NCBI GenBank assembly: GCA_963836075.1
Contig: CAWIIB010000009.1
Location: 1,280,001-1,344,000 of the forward strand
Direction: 5' to 3'
Length of the DNA: 64,000 bases
Source of the DNA: an uncultured Acidobacteriota bacterium
Lineage (GTDB): Bacteria > Acidobacteriota > JAQAZP01
Shown piece after piece: positions 1-10,492 of the stretch. A program made the position numbers and the translations under genes. Position 1 is the stretch's first letter. Each line of letters begins with the position of its first letter. The notes beneath the pieces were generated by a model. It made no database searches. It was given only the letters and a program-made list of their open reading frames with translations, and was not told the origin of the DNA.

Positions 1-161
1 GACAAGTGATTACGTGATACGCAATGAAGGATTTTTCCAGATAAGCCCGGCTGGACGATGATATGTGGAAGGCTGGGTAAGCAGTAATATCATCACTGTG
101 TGGATATCTTGTTCGCATGGAAGTCTGTATAAGCACGATATTCCGTTGATATCTGGAAAGG

Positions 162-1181
162 ATGGCCGAGGTCAGACGAAGATTCAAGTGGCGAGGATGG
201 TTCGTGCCTGAACAGCATGACGACCTGGCGGGATTTGCTACGTGGCTCCGCAAGCAGCGCATGGCCCGTGAGAACCGGATTCCCTACTTCATCAAATGGG
301 TCCGGCGGTTCCAGGTGCTGGCCCGGGGACGGCCGCCGGTGGAATCCTGGTACGATACGCTGAGCGTGTTCCTCGAGGACCTCGAGCAGGGTGGTGTCCC
401 GGACTGGCAGATCAGGCAAGCCGCTGATGCGGTCACGCTCTTCTGTAGCCAGTTCCGCGATGACGCCGGAGATGGCACAGTGCCGGGTTTGACGGAAGGG
501 AGCGATCCGGCATCCCCTACCGGTCGATCCGCGGGAGAGAGCAGCATTCCCGAGAGTCCGGAAGCGATGATCAGCGAACTTGGGCGGGTGCTCCGCCTCC
601 GCCACTATTCGCCGCGGACCGTGCGCAGCTACTTGGGCTGGGTGCGCCGGTACCTGGAGTACCTGGAGAAAACCGGCGGCAGCCCGGGCTCGCGGGAGGC
701 AAAGTCATTCCTCAGCCAGCTGGCCACAGTGGGTCGGGTCGCCGCGTCGACGCAAAACCAGGCGTTCAACGCACTCCTCTTCCTGCACCGCAACGTGCTG
801 CACGACGAACTGGCCGACATGTCGTCCACGCTGAGGGCCCGGCGAGGGCGCAAGCTTCCCGTGGTACTGTCGGTCGAGGAAGTTCGCGACATCCTCTCCC
901 GGCTAGAGGGCACCTCCCGCCTGATGATCGAAATGATCTACGGCGGCGGGCTGCGCCTGAGCGAGCTGGTTCGGCTGCGGGTCAAGGACATCGATTTCGA
1001 TGCGGGGACGATCACCGTGCGCTCGGGCAAGGGGGACAAGGACCGTGTGACCCTGCTGCCCGATCGGTTGCACGGCAGCGCACCGGGATTCCGCTCTGCG
1101 TCGCCGCCAGGCCGGAGAGGGGGCCGCAGGAAACTCGGGACCATTCAAGGCGGAAGCTGGCGCGTCAAGGGGAGCCGGTGA
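162..1181 (+). pseudogene. intI: Integron-integrase-like tyrosine recombinase, C-terminally truncated
   Basis: Shows IntI motifs RLRHYSPRT..Y..WVRRY, VAASTQNQAFNALLFL, KLPVVLS.EEV, YGGGLRLSE..RLRVKDIDF and GKGDKDRVTLLP. Homology stops near nt 1070; no HxxR, second His or catalytic Tyr follows before the convergent recD2 stop. Confidence 0.8.
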
Positions 1182-3368
1182 TCATCCCCGCAGGCGTTCG
1201 GCGAGGCGGGTGTAGCGCTGGCGGATTTTGTCGTTCTTCACCGCCAGGGTCACCGCCCGGCGGCTGCCCACCAGCACCACCAGTTTTTTGCCCCGGGTGA
1301 TCCCGGTGTAGAGCAGGTTGCGCTGCAGCATCAGGTAGTGCTGGGTGTGGATCGGGATGACCACCGCCGGGTATTCACTGCCCTGGGATTTGTGTACCGA
1401 GCAGGCGTAGGCCAGGACCAGCTCGTCCAGGTCGAGGGCGTCGTAGCGCACCAGGCGGCTGTCGAAGCGAACCGTCACTTCCCGCGCCTTCTCGTCCACC
1501 ATCACGATCCGGCCGATGTCCCCGTTGTAGACGTTGAGGTCGTAGTTGTTGCGTATCTGCATCACCTTGTCCCCGATGCGAAACCCCTTGGCGCCGGTGC
1601 CCACCGCCGCGCCCTCGGGATTGAGCAGCCGCTGCAACTCGCTGTTCAGGTTGGCGGCGCCGATGGTGCCGCGGTGCATCGGTGAGAGGACCTGGATGTC
1701 GTCCAGCGGGTCGAGGTGGAAGCGCTGGGGAATGCGGCGAGCCACCAGCTCGAGGATGGTGGACAGCGCCTCCTCCGGCTCGTCACGCTCGATGAAGAAA
1801 AAATCGAGGTCGTCGCCGGCCAGCTCGAGATTGGGCACCTGGCCCCTGTTGATCAGGTGGGCGTTGACCACGATTGAGCTCTCCTGGGCCTGACGGAAGA
1901 TCTCGGTGAGCCGGGCCACCTCCACGGCGCCGCAGCGGATCAGGTCGCGCAGCACGCTCCCCGGTCCCACCGAGGGCAGCTGGTCCATGTCGCCCACCAG
2001 GATCAGCTGGCACCAGGGGGGCAGGGCGGCGAGGATCGACTGGAAGAGCGAGATGTCCACCATCGACACTTCGTCGACGATAAGCACGTCGGCCTCCAGC
2101 GGGTTGTCCTGGTGGTGGTCGAAACCGAAGTTCCGCGGGTTGAACTTCAGCAGCCGGTGGACGGTTTTGGCCTCGCGGCCGGTGGCTTCCTGCATTCGCT
2201 GGGCCGCCCGGCCGGTGGGGGCGCAGAGCAGGATCCGCCGCCCCTTCTTCTCCAGGATGCTGATCACGCCCTTGACCAGGGTGGTCTTGCCGGTGCCCGG
2301 GCCGCCGGTGATCACCAGCACCTTGCCGGAGAGGGCGCGGCTGATCGCCTCCCTCTGTTTCTCGGCCAGCTGGATCTGCTGCCGCTCCTCGAACCAGGCC
2401 AGCGCCCTGGGCACGTCGATGGCCACCGGGTTCACCGGCGTTTCCAGCAGCCGGCGCAGCAGTTTCGCCGCGCTATCCTCGCGGGCGTATAGCGTCCGGA
2501 GGAAGACGGCGTCGTCATCGGCCAGTACGCCCTGCTCCACCACCAGTCGCGAGTCACGGCCCGCCGAGGCGGCGTCCACGGCGCCAGCCACCACCTCTTC
2601 GGGAACGCCGAGCATCTCCGCGGTGCGCGAGACCAGCTCCCGGGCCGGCACGAAGACGTGGCCTTCCTCCGAGGCCTGCCCCAGGCTGTAGAGGGTGCCC
2701 GCCTCGGCCCGTTGCGTCGACGCCGGCTCCACGCCGAGGCTGGACGCGATCCGGTCGGCGGTCTTGAAGCCGATGCCGTGGAAGTCGGTGGCCAGCCGGT
2801 AGGGATTGTCCCGAACCATCCGCACCGCGTCGTTGCCGTATTTCTTGTAGATGCGGATGGCGAAGGCGGTGGAGACGGAGTAGGACTGGAGGAAGATCAT
2901 CACATCCTTGATCTCCCGCTGTTCGGCCCACGACTCGCGGATCAGCCGGGCCCGCACCTTGCCGATCCCCTCCACCTCGGTGAGCCGTTTGCTCTTTCTT
3001 TCGATCACCTCCAGGGTCCGTTTGCCGAAGTGCTTGACCAGCCGTTCGGCCATCACCTTGCCGATGCCCTTGATCAGCCCCGAGCCGAGGTATTTCTCGA
3101 TCCCTTCCAGCGTACCGGGGAGCACCGACTGGAACGACGCGGCCTTGAACTGCCGGCCGTACTTGGGGTCGCGGACCCAGTTGCCGGTGAGCTTGAGGCT
3201 CTCGCCGGGCTGGACGCCGAGGAAGTTGCCCACCGCGGTCACCGTGTCCCGCCGGCCGGGGACCGACAGCCGTACCACGCTCCAGCCGTCGTCCTCGTTG
3301 CGGTAGACAAAGTGGTCCAGCACGGCTTCCAGCTGTTCGGCGGGTTGTGATGGTGCGTCGGCGCTCAA
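1182..3368 (-). CDS. recD2: ATP-dependent RecD-like DNA helicase (RecD2)
   Basis: N-terminal OB-like region, HhH motifs (IKGIGKVMA, VEGIGKVRA), Walker A GGPGTGKTT, DEVSM, GDMDQLPSVGPG, AYACSVHKSQGSE, YTGITRGK. Confidence 0.95.
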   Translation of the reverse strand: MSADAPSQPAEQLEAVLDHFVYRNEDDGWSVVRLSVPGRRDTVTAVGNFLGVQPGESLKLTGNWVRDPKYGRQFKAASFQSVLPGTLEGIEKYLGSGLIKGIGKVMAERLVKHFGKRTLEVIERKSKRLTEVEGIGKVRARLIRESWAEQREIKDVMIFLQSYSVSTAFAIRIYKKYGNDAVRMVRDNPYRLATDFHGIGFKTADRIASSLGVEPASTQRAEAGTLYSLGQASEEGHVFVPARELVSRTAEMLGVPEEVVAGAVDAASAGRDSRLVVEQGVLADDDAVFLRTLYAREDSAAKLLRRLLETPVNPVAIDVPRALAWFEERQQIQLAEKQREAISRALSGKVLVITGGPGTGKTTLVKGVISILEKKGRRILLCAPTGRAAQRMQEATGREAKTVHRLLKFNPRNFGFDHHQDNPLEADVLIVDEVSMVDISLFQSILAALPPWCQLILVGDMDQLPSVGPGSVLRDLIRCGAVEVARLTEIFRQAQESSIVVNAHLINRGQVPNLELAGDDLDFFFIERDEPEEALSTILELVARRIPQRFHLDPLDDIQVLSPMHRGTIGAANLNSELQRLLNPEGAAVGTGAKGFRIGDKVMQIRNNYDLNVYNGDIGRIVMVDEKAREVTVRFDSRLVRYDALDLDELVLAYACSVHKSQGSEYPAVVIPIHTQHYLMLQRNLLYTGITRGKKLVVLVGSRRAVTLAVKNDKIRQRYTRLAERLRG

Positions 3369-3372
3369 GGGA

Positions 3373-4698
3373 TCAGTTGTCCTCCTCGAACCAGCTGTCG
3401 GCCACCAGGGAGTCGATGATCTGCTGGCCGCGGTGCCCGGTGAGCGGGTGCTCCACCATGGACAGCTCGTCGGCCAGGGCCATGGCCACCACTGCCGGCG
3501 GCTCTCCGCTTTTCTTCGAGCGCTCCAGCACCCGGGTGGCGGCCTGGTGGATCGAGTGCTCCCACTCCTTCTCCAGATGGCGTTCGATCATCGGGTCGTG
3601 GTTCACCGAGCCGTCCTGTTCGTTGGCGCAGTTGACGATGCCCATCCGGTTGGTCAGGAAATCCGGGACGTAGAGGATGCCCCGTTCGTGGAGCAGGCGG
3701 TCATCCCGGGCCGCGTCCTCCAGCTGGTTGTTGGCCGCACCGCAGACGACTTTCGCGCGGATCATCGGGATGGTCTCCGGGTTGAGCACCGCGCCGCAGG
3801 CGCAGGGGGAGAGGATGTCGCACTGCTCGGCAAAGATCGAAAGGTCATCGGGCGCCACGATTCGCGGTTCCACCAGCTCGTCGGGGAACGACTGGCGGAT
3901 CGGTTCGGCCAGGGCGGGGTTGATGTCACAGGCCGTCACGTGGGCCACCTTTTTCTCCAGCAGGAAGCGGATCATCGGGGCGGCCACGTTGCCCATGCCC
4001 TGGACCGCCACCGTCTTGCCTTCCAGGGTGCCGTCGTTGAGGAAGGCAAGCGCTGCCTCCATGCCGGCCACCACCCCGCGGGCGGTTGGCGCCGAGGGGT
4101 TGCCGCTGCCGCCCACGCCCTGGGGGATGCAGGTGGTGAAGCGGGTGCGGGTAAAGATGTTGGCCATGTCGGTGACGTGGGTCCCCACGTCCTCGGCGGT
4201 GACGTAACAGCCGCGGATGGCGGTCATCAGCTCGCCGAACTCGCGATAGATGTCTTCGCGGATGTCATGGTCGTATTTATCAACCTCGGGGTTGTGGGCC
4301 ATCACCCCCTTGCCGCCGCCCCACCAGAGTCCGGCCAGGGCGTTCTTGCGGGTCATGCCCTTGGCCAGGCGCAGCCCGTCCCGCAGATAGTCCTCCATGG
4401 TCTCGTACTGCCAGTAGCGCACCCCGCCGGCGGCCTGACCGCGCCGGGTGCGGTGGACAAAGGCGCCCTGCAGGGTGTCGTGCTCGTGGCTCACCTGGAA
4501 GAAAGCCCCTTCGTGCTCCATGAAGTCCCGCTGGTCGGCCAGGATGAAATCGGCCACCGGTTGCAGCTGGGGGTGCGAGGCGGTCATTCTCCCGCCGCCC
4601 GGGTCATAGACGAAGTGGAAGCGTCGGATGCCCTCGGCGTGGAGGAAGCGGACAAATTCCTGGGGGTGCATGTTCAGCAGCGGACGGTTGGTACTCAT
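3373..4698 (-). CDS. Glu/Leu/Phe/Val dehydrogenase family protein
   Basis: GGVR, LAKGMTRKNALAGL..GGGKGV, YVTAEDVG, GNPSAPTARGV, Rossmann VQGMGNVA, GAANNQL. Start moved to ATG 4698 (MSTNRP). Confidence 0.9.
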   Translation of the reverse strand: MSTNRPLLNMHPQEFVRFLHAEGIRRFHFVYDPGGGRMTASHPQLQPVADFILADQRDFMEHEGAFFQVSHEHDTLQGAFVHRTRRGQAAGGVRYWQYETMEDYLRDGLRLAKGMTRKNALAGLWWGGGKGVMAHNPEVDKYDHDIREDIYREFGELMTAIRGCYVTAEDVGTHVTDMANIFTRTRFTTCIPQGVGGSGNPSAPTARGVVAGMEAALAFLNDGTLEGKTVAVQGMGNVAAPMIRFLLEKKVAHVTACDINPALAEPIRQSFPDELVEPRIVAPDDLSIFAEQCDILSPCACGAVLNPETIPMIRAKVVCGAANNQLEDAARDDRLLHERGILYVPDFLTNRMGIVNCANEQDGSVNHDPMIERHLEKEWEHSIHQAATRVLERSKKSGEPPAVVAMALADELSMVEHPLTGHRGQQIIDSLVADSWFEEDN

Positions 4699-4954
4699 GA
4701 TTTCAACCTGTTTGAGAAAGTATTGAAAACAAAGGTTTCCGATGCCCCAAGGGGGCGGAGTGCCCGAACGGACGGCGATATTATCGCACAGGTGGCAGGA
4801 TTTGACATGCTCCCGGTGCAATTCCACCGAAAGACGATGCCGATCGGGACATGCGGTGGGTTTTGTCAGTTTTTTCTTTCGTATTGTATGTTCTGCTGTT
4901 ACCATAGCGTACACGTTCGCGGACGGCCCGCATCAGCCCGAAAACATAATCCGA

Positions 4955-7900
4955 ATGAAAATGAACTCAGCCAGGTTCACTGTTGTCGTTGTTTCGTTCC
5001 TTCTCCTGGCGGTCCGGTTCGTCGGAGCGGCTCCTGACCGTATTCCCGAATTCCATGTCCGGCACATCGACAGCAGCGGCGGGCTGTCCCACAACTCGGT
5101 ATACTCGATCCTTCAGGACCAGGACGGCTTCCTCTGGATCGGCACAATGGACGGTTTGAACCGCTATGACGGATACGAGTTCGTCACCTATCGCCACGAT
5201 CCGGACGATCCGCAGTCGCTTTCCCACAATTTCATCGGGACCCTGCTGGAGGACCGCTCCGGGAACCTCTGGGTGGGCACCCCCCGGGGCCTGAATCGGC
5301 TCGATCGCCAGAACAACACGTTCACGCGTTACACCCTCGAATCCGAAGGAGTGGGGGATGAGGGGCGATACGTCCTGTGCCTCCATGAAGACAGCGGTGG
5401 GTTGCTGTGGGTCGGTACCCGCCACGGGCTCCGGCGAATCGATCCGGCGCGCGGCAGTTGGGAGGTCTGGCAGCCCGACCCGTCCGATCCCGGCAGCCTG
5501 GCGCACAATCATGTGGTCAGGGTTCGGGAGGATCCGGCCGGCCGCATATGGGTGCTCACCGGGGAACCATCCATCAACCAGATCACTCTGAGCCTGTGGG
5601 ATCCGGGAAAAGGAGGATTCAAGCATGTTACCACCACCGGGGAGTGGCCCATGCTGCAAGACATGTTCATCGACCGGTCCGGCGGCTTCTGGCTTGATGA
5701 GAGAGGACCGGTATCGTTCAATGAGGAAACCGGGGCATTCCCGCCTCCCCTCTCTGCTGAGGTTCATGTCCAGGAATTTCATCAGGGCCGGAATGGTGTT
5801 ATCTGGATCGGATCGGAAGATGGCATTTTCCGCTTTGATCCTGCCGTGGGTGAGGTTGCACCATTGGCCACGGCCCGGTCCAGCGACGCCTGGCTGGCAA
5901 ACATCGTTCAGGCCGTTTACGAGGACCGGTCCGGAACCTTGTGGATCGGTACCCACACCGGGCTGTACCAATACGACCCCCATGCCAAGCCGTTCACCTT
6001 GCTGCGGCACGATCCCACCGACCCGAACAGCCTGAGCAGCGATCTCGTTTCCTCCATTGCGGAAGACCCGTCTGGGTCGCTCTGGGTGGGGACCTTTGGC
6101 GGCGGACTGAACCTGGTGGACCGCGCATCGGGAAAGGTGGTGCGCTTCCGCCACGACCCCGCTGCCCGGGATGGCTTGATCAATGACATCATCTGGTCGC
6201 TCCATGGCGACCAGCGGGGCAGGCTCTGGATCGGAACCGAGGATGGGCTTTGCCGCTGCGAAGACAGCAGCGGACGGTTCACCCGACATCAGCTCAGGGA
6301 ACCGGTCTCCGGGACACCGAACCGGATCGAGGACATCGCTGAAGACTCGACCGGGGCCATCTGGATCGCCGGGTTGATGGGTCTCCAGCGATATGACCCC
6401 GGTACCGGGGATGTACAGCGTTTTCCAGAAACAGGAGATGAGAGAGGTCCCCGGGCCGCTGTCTGGGGTGCACTCCTCGTGGGGAGCGATGGCCACCTGT
6501 GGATCGGCGGTTTCACGCTGGAAAAGTTGGACTTGGAACGCAATCTGTTCGAATCTTTTCCATTCAACACGCCGGTGGGTGCCGATCTGACGGGAGAGGA
6601 GTTTTATGATATCCAGCAGGATCGTTCAGGCCGTGTCTGGGCTGGGACCTATGCCGGGCTTCATCGGTTTGATCCCCGAACCGAGTGTTTCCGGAATTAT
6701 GGTACGCAGGACGGGCTCCCGGGCTCCGTGGTCTACAGTCTCGTGGAGGATGACCAGCACCGCCTCTGGTTGGGCACCAACCAGGGGCTCTCCTGCTACG
6801 ATCCCCGGCTGCCGGAGGGACGGCAGTTCCGCAATTTCACTGTGGCCGACGGCATCGGCAGCACCGAGTTCAACCGGGGGGCGGTGTGCCGCGGCAGCAG
6901 TGGAGAGATCTTCTTCGGGGGGATGAACGGGCTGACCTCCTTCTTCCCCGACCAGATAAATGACAATCCATATATCCCGCCCCTGGCCCTGACCCGTATC
7001 CGGAGTTTCAGCCGGGAGGGGGTCAATACCATTCAGCCCGCCGGTATCGAACGCCTGGTGCTCTCCCACCGGGAGGCAACGTTTTCGTTCGAGTTTTCCG
7101 CGCTGAGCTTCACCGATTCCGAACGCAACCGCTATTCCCACTTTCTTGAGGGCTTCGACGAGGCCTGGGTGGAAGCGGGGCACCGCCGTCACGCCCGCTA
7201 TACGAATGTGCCGCCCGGGAACTACGTATTCAGGGTTAAGGGCTCCAACAACGACGGTCTGTGGAACGAGGAGGGGCTGTCGCTGATGCTGACCATCACC
7301 CCTCCATTCTGGCAGACCTGGTGGTTCAGGACGCTGGCCCTGCTGCTGGTGGCGACGGCCCTCTGGGCGGCCCACCGCTTCCGCCTGGAGCAGAAATTGA
7401 AGGTGGAGCGGATGCGCCTGCGGATCGCTGGCGATCTGCACGACGATCTGGGAAGCAACCTCAGCGGCATCGCCCTGATCAGCGAATTGGAGCGGGAGGA
7501 GGCGGAGCCTGGCTCCCCCTCACACCAGCGGCTGTCGGTCATCACCAGCACCACCCAGCAGATGGTTGGCGACCTGCGGGATATCGTCTGGTTTGTCGAC
7601 CCCGGGCACGACAAGCTGTTGGACCTGCGGCAGAAGATGAAATCCGTCGCCGAGACCATGCTCGACGGCGTGGATTACTCGTTTCGAGCGGAGGGGATGG
7701 CGCTGCAGGAGAGCGTGAGCCCTGACTTCAGGCGCAACATCTTCCTGATCTACAAGGAGATCCTGCACAACATCGTGCGGCACGCCCGGGCCGGCAGGGT
7801 GGAGATAGAGCTTTGCGGAAAGCAGCCGGACCTGGTGCTCTCAGTGACCGACGACGGAATCGGTTTCAACAAAGAGCAGGTTGAGCAGGGCCACGGCCTG

Positions 7901-8002
7901 AACAGCCTCCGCCGCCGGGCGAAGGAACTGGGCGGCACCCTTGAGATAACCAGCAGCCGGGGCCAGGGGACCAGGATCGTCTTGACCGCAGCCATGGAAT
8001 GA
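4955..8002 (+). CDS. Membrane sensor histidine kinase (two-component regulator propeller repeats + Y_Y_Y + HisKA_3/HATPase)
   Basis: Signal-like N-terminus, many D..G.LWIGT..GL repeats, YTNVPPGNYVFRVKGSNNDG, PPFWQTWWF TM, RIAGDLHDDLGSNLS, DDGIGF and GHGL boxes. Confidence 0.92.
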   Translation: MKMNSARFTVVVVSFLLLAVRFVGAAPDRIPEFHVRHIDSSGGLSHNSVYSILQDQDGFLWIGTMDGLNRYDGYEFVTYRHDPDDPQSLSHNFIGTLLEDRSGNLWVGTPRGLNRLDRQNNTFTRYTLESEGVGDEGRYVLCLHEDSGGLLWVGTRHGLRRIDPARGSWEVWQPDPSDPGSLAHNHVVRVREDPAGRIWVLTGEPSINQITLSLWDPGKGGFKHVTTTGEWPMLQDMFIDRSGGFWLDERGPVSFNEETGAFPPPLSAEVHVQEFHQGRNGVIWIGSEDGIFRFDPAVGEVAPLATARSSDAWLANIVQAVYEDRSGTLWIGTHTGLYQYDPHAKPFTLLRHDPTDPNSLSSDLVSSIAEDPSGSLWVGTFGGGLNLVDRASGKVVRFRHDPAARDGLINDIIWSLHGDQRGRLWIGTEDGLCRCEDSSGRFTRHQLREPVSGTPNRIEDIAEDSTGAIWIAGLMGLQRYDPGTGDVQRFPETGDERGPRAAVWGALLVGSDGHLWIGGFTLEKLDLERNLFESFPFNTPVGADLTGEEFYDIQQDRSGRVWAGTYAGLHRFDPRTECFRNYGTQDGLPGSVVYSLVEDDQHRLWLGTNQGLSCYDPRLPEGRQFRNFTVADGIGSTEFNRGAVCRGSSGEIFFGGMNGLTSFFPDQINDNPYIPPLALTRIRSFSREGVNTIQPAGIERLVLSHREATFSFEFSALSFTDSERNRYSHFLEGFDEAWVEAGHRRHARYTNVPPGNYVFRVKGSNNDGLWNEEGLSLMLTITPPFWQTWWFRTLALLLVATALWAAHRFRLEQKLKVERMRLRIAGDLHDDLGSNLSGIALISELEREEAEPGSPSHQRLSVITSTTQQMVGDLRDIVWFVDPGHDKLLDLRQKMKSVAETMLDGVDYSFRAEGMALQESVSPDFRRNIFLIYKEILHNIVRHARAGRVEIELCGKQPDLVLSVTDDGIGFNKEQVEQGHGLNSLRRRAKELGGTLEITSSRGQGTRIVLTAAME

Positions 8003-8027
8003 ACGGTGCGCGCCGGGGAGAGAACAG

Positions 8028-8708
8028 ATGAATTCGACAGAGGGATCAGGGGCCAGTATACCCGAAGAACCGGTGAACATCTGGATCATCGAAGACAACG
8101 ATCCCCTCCGGATGTCGATCGAAAGCGTGATCAACAGGGCGGAGGACATGCGGTGCCCGCTGGCCGTCCCCTGCTGCGAGGACGCGCTGGCCGTGCTGAA
8201 AGAGGGCGATGCCCCCGATATCGTCCTGATGGACATCGGACTGCCCGGCATGAGCGGGATCGAGGGTGCCCGGCTGATCCACGATCTCTCCCCCTCAACC
8301 CGGGTGATCATGCTCACCGTGCACGAGGACAACGAGAAGATCTTCGCGGCCCTTTGCGCCGGCGCTTCCGGATACCTGCTCAAGCCCGCCTCCATGGATC
8401 ACGTGGTGACGGCGATCCGTGAAGTGCAGCGCGGCGGAGCGTCGATCAATGCCCAGGTGGCCCGGAAGGTGCTCGGCATGTTCACGAAAATGGCGGTCCC
8501 CAAGGGGGATTACGGCCTGTCGGCCCGTGAGACGGAGATCCTCCACCTCCTGGTGGAAGGCCTGGGCCAGGCCGCCATCGCCGAAAAGATCCACCGCAGC
8601 CAGCACACGGTCAACAACCACATTCGCAACATCTACGCCAAGCTGCACGTCAACACCCGCTCCGGCGCCGTGGCCAAGGCCCTGAAGGAGCGTCTGATCC
8701 AGCCATAG
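8028..8708 (+). CDS. NarL/LuxR-family response regulator
   Basis: REC domain (IIEDN, LMDIGLPG, GYLLK) plus LuxR HTH (LSARETEIL...TVNNHIRNIYAKL), directly downstream of the kinase. Confidence 0.93.
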   Translation: MNSTEGSGASIPEEPVNIWIIEDNDPLRMSIESVINRAEDMRCPLAVPCCEDALAVLKEGDAPDIVLMDIGLPGMSGIEGARLIHDLSPSTRVIMLTVHEDNEKIFAALCAGASGYLLKPASMDHVVTAIREVQRGGASINAQVARKVLGMFTKMAVPKGDYGLSARETEILHLLVEGLGQAAIAEKIHRSQHTVNNHIRNIYAKLHVNTRSGAVAKALKERLIQP

Positions 8709-8860
8709 CCGGACACGCCCCTCCGGTTTTGTGAAATCCCCTCTTTTTGGCCATATCCTCTCGAAAACGACATGTTCGTGTCATGCCCGCAGGCTGTCGG
8801 GTTCCCTATATTTACATATGTACTACAGTCGTTATTGAACTACTCCAGGGGGACAGGATC

Positions 8861-10471
8861 ATGAGGCATCGCTTGACACTCGACAATTGCCGGAAAAAGA
8901 GAAACCTGTGGATGCTGCCGATGGCACTGATCATTGCGGTGGTCATTGCCGGCTGCCTGCCAGGACCTGCCGCCCATGCGCAGTGTGATCCGCAGCAGAC
9001 GTTCAAGATCGTGCCGAGCGACGGCATTTATCAGCAGGGTTTCGGCTCCGCTGTGGCGACCAATGGGACCACCGCCATCATCGGGGCGCCTTATGACGAA
9101 GACGGCGACTTCTGGTCGGGCTCGGCCTATCTCTTCGACGTCGCCACCGGCACCCAAGTGGCCAAGCTGCTGGCCGACGACGGCGCCGAGCAAGATTTAT
9201 TCGGCTTCTCCGTGGCGATCAGCGGCACCACGGCCATCGTCGGGGCACATCAACACCACGAAAACTATACTGCACCCGGCGCGGCCTATCTCTTCGACAT
9301 CACCACCGGGGCCCAGATCGCCACGCTGCAGCCCGATGACGGTGCCGTGGGTGACCAATTCGGCTACGCCGTTGCGATCAACGACACCATTGCCTGCGTC
9401 AGTTCCCCCAGGAGAGTCGACTGGGATCACCTCGGCGGTGTGGTCTACCTGTTCGACCTGGCCACCGGGGCCCAGATCGGCAAAATCTGGCCCGACGACC
9501 ACGACTATGATGATTACTTCGGAAACTCCCTGGCGATGGACGACACTACCGCCATCGTCGGTTCACATTATGACGACGACAACGGTTCCGGCTCCGGCTC
9601 GGCCTATCTCTTCGACCTCACCACCGGGGCCCAGCTCGCCAAGCTGCTGCCCGGCGACGGTGATGAGGGTGACTCGTTCGGCTACTCCGTGGCGATCAGC
9701 GGCGGCACGGCCGTTGTCGGAGCCTGGTTCGATGAGCACAACGGCCTCCAATCGGGCTCGGCCTATCTCTTCGATACGGCCACCGGGGCCGAGATCGCCA
9801 AGCTGCTGCCCGGAGACGGCGCGGCCCAGGATGTCTTCGGCTGTTCCGTGGCGATCGACGGCACCACGGCCATGGTCGGAGCCTTCGGTGACAACTCCCG
9901 GACCGGAGCGGCGTATCTTTTCGACGGAGTAAGCGGGACTGAAACCGCCAAGCTCGTGGCCGATGACGGTGAGGAGTGGGACAGTTTCGGCAATTCCGTG
10001 TCGCTCTGCGGAAACGTAGGCATTGTCGGGTCGTACCTGGACACACACGGCACCATTTACTCCGGCTCGGCTTATCTTTTCGACACGAACTGCCCGGAAC
10101 CGCTCACCATCGGTGTCGATTACAGCTGTTCGCCGGCCGGCGGCACCCTGCCCTTCAGCACGCAGATGGATGTGTCTTTTCACAATTTATACTCCGAACA
10201 GGCACGCCGGGTTGCCGCCCGTATCGATGTCACGCTGGCCAACGGCCAGTTCTTCCACAACTGGATGGCCGGTTCCACCAACATTGCTGCCGGGGGGAGC
10301 TACAACACCAGCTGGAGCACGACGATCCCGCAATTGGGCTCCGTGCTTGGTGACAATATCTTCCTGCTGGTTGCCGAGGACGTGACCCCGGCACCCTTCA
10401 ACCAGCCGCCCCATCCGCCGGCCGGGGATAGCGACCAGGCATCATGCACGGTCACCGGGATCGCACCTTGA
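8861..10471 (+). CDS. Secreted FG-GAP repeat (beta-propeller) protein with conserved C-terminal NQPP domain
   Basis: Signal peptide, about seven FG.SVAI.G.TAIVGA...SGSAYLFD repeats, C-terminal ~115-aa domain ending EDVTPAPFNQPPHPPAGD. Start uncertain. Confidence 0.85.
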   Translation: MRHRLTLDNCRKKRNLWMLPMALIIAVVIAGCLPGPAAHAQCDPQQTFKIVPSDGIYQQGFGSAVATNGTTAIIGAPYDEDGDFWSGSAYLFDVATGTQVAKLLADDGAEQDLFGFSVAISGTTAIVGAHQHHENYTAPGAAYLFDITTGAQIATLQPDDGAVGDQFGYAVAINDTIACVSSPRRVDWDHLGGVVYLFDLATGAQIGKIWPDDHDYDDYFGNSLAMDDTTAIVGSHYDDDNGSGSGSAYLFDLTTGAQLAKLLPGDGDEGDSFGYSVAISGGTAVVGAWFDEHNGLQSGSAYLFDTATGAEIAKLLPGDGAAQDVFGCSVAIDGTTAMVGAFGDNSRTGAAYLFDGVSGTETAKLVADDGEEWDSFGNSVSLCGNVGIVGSYLDTHGTIYSGSAYLFDTNCPEPLTIGVDYSCSPAGGTLPFSTQMDVSFHNLYSEQARRVAARIDVTLANGQFFHNWMAGSTNIAAGGSYNTSWSTTIPQLGSVLGDNIFLLVAEDVTPAPFNQPPHPPAGDSDQASCTVTGIAP

Positions 10472-10492
10472 GAAATTCTGGGAGATACATCG

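Noticed and set aside
1-161. attI site or LexA box upstream of intI
   Set aside because: The region is AT-richer, but I could identify no convincing CTGT-N8-ACAG box or paired integrase-binding sites.
9030-10090. Recurrent DNA repeats (GCCTATCTCTTCGAC...CACCGGGGCC)
   Set aside because: Explained by the coding FG-GAP repeats; there is no reverse transcriptase or template/variable repeat pair to suggest a DGR.
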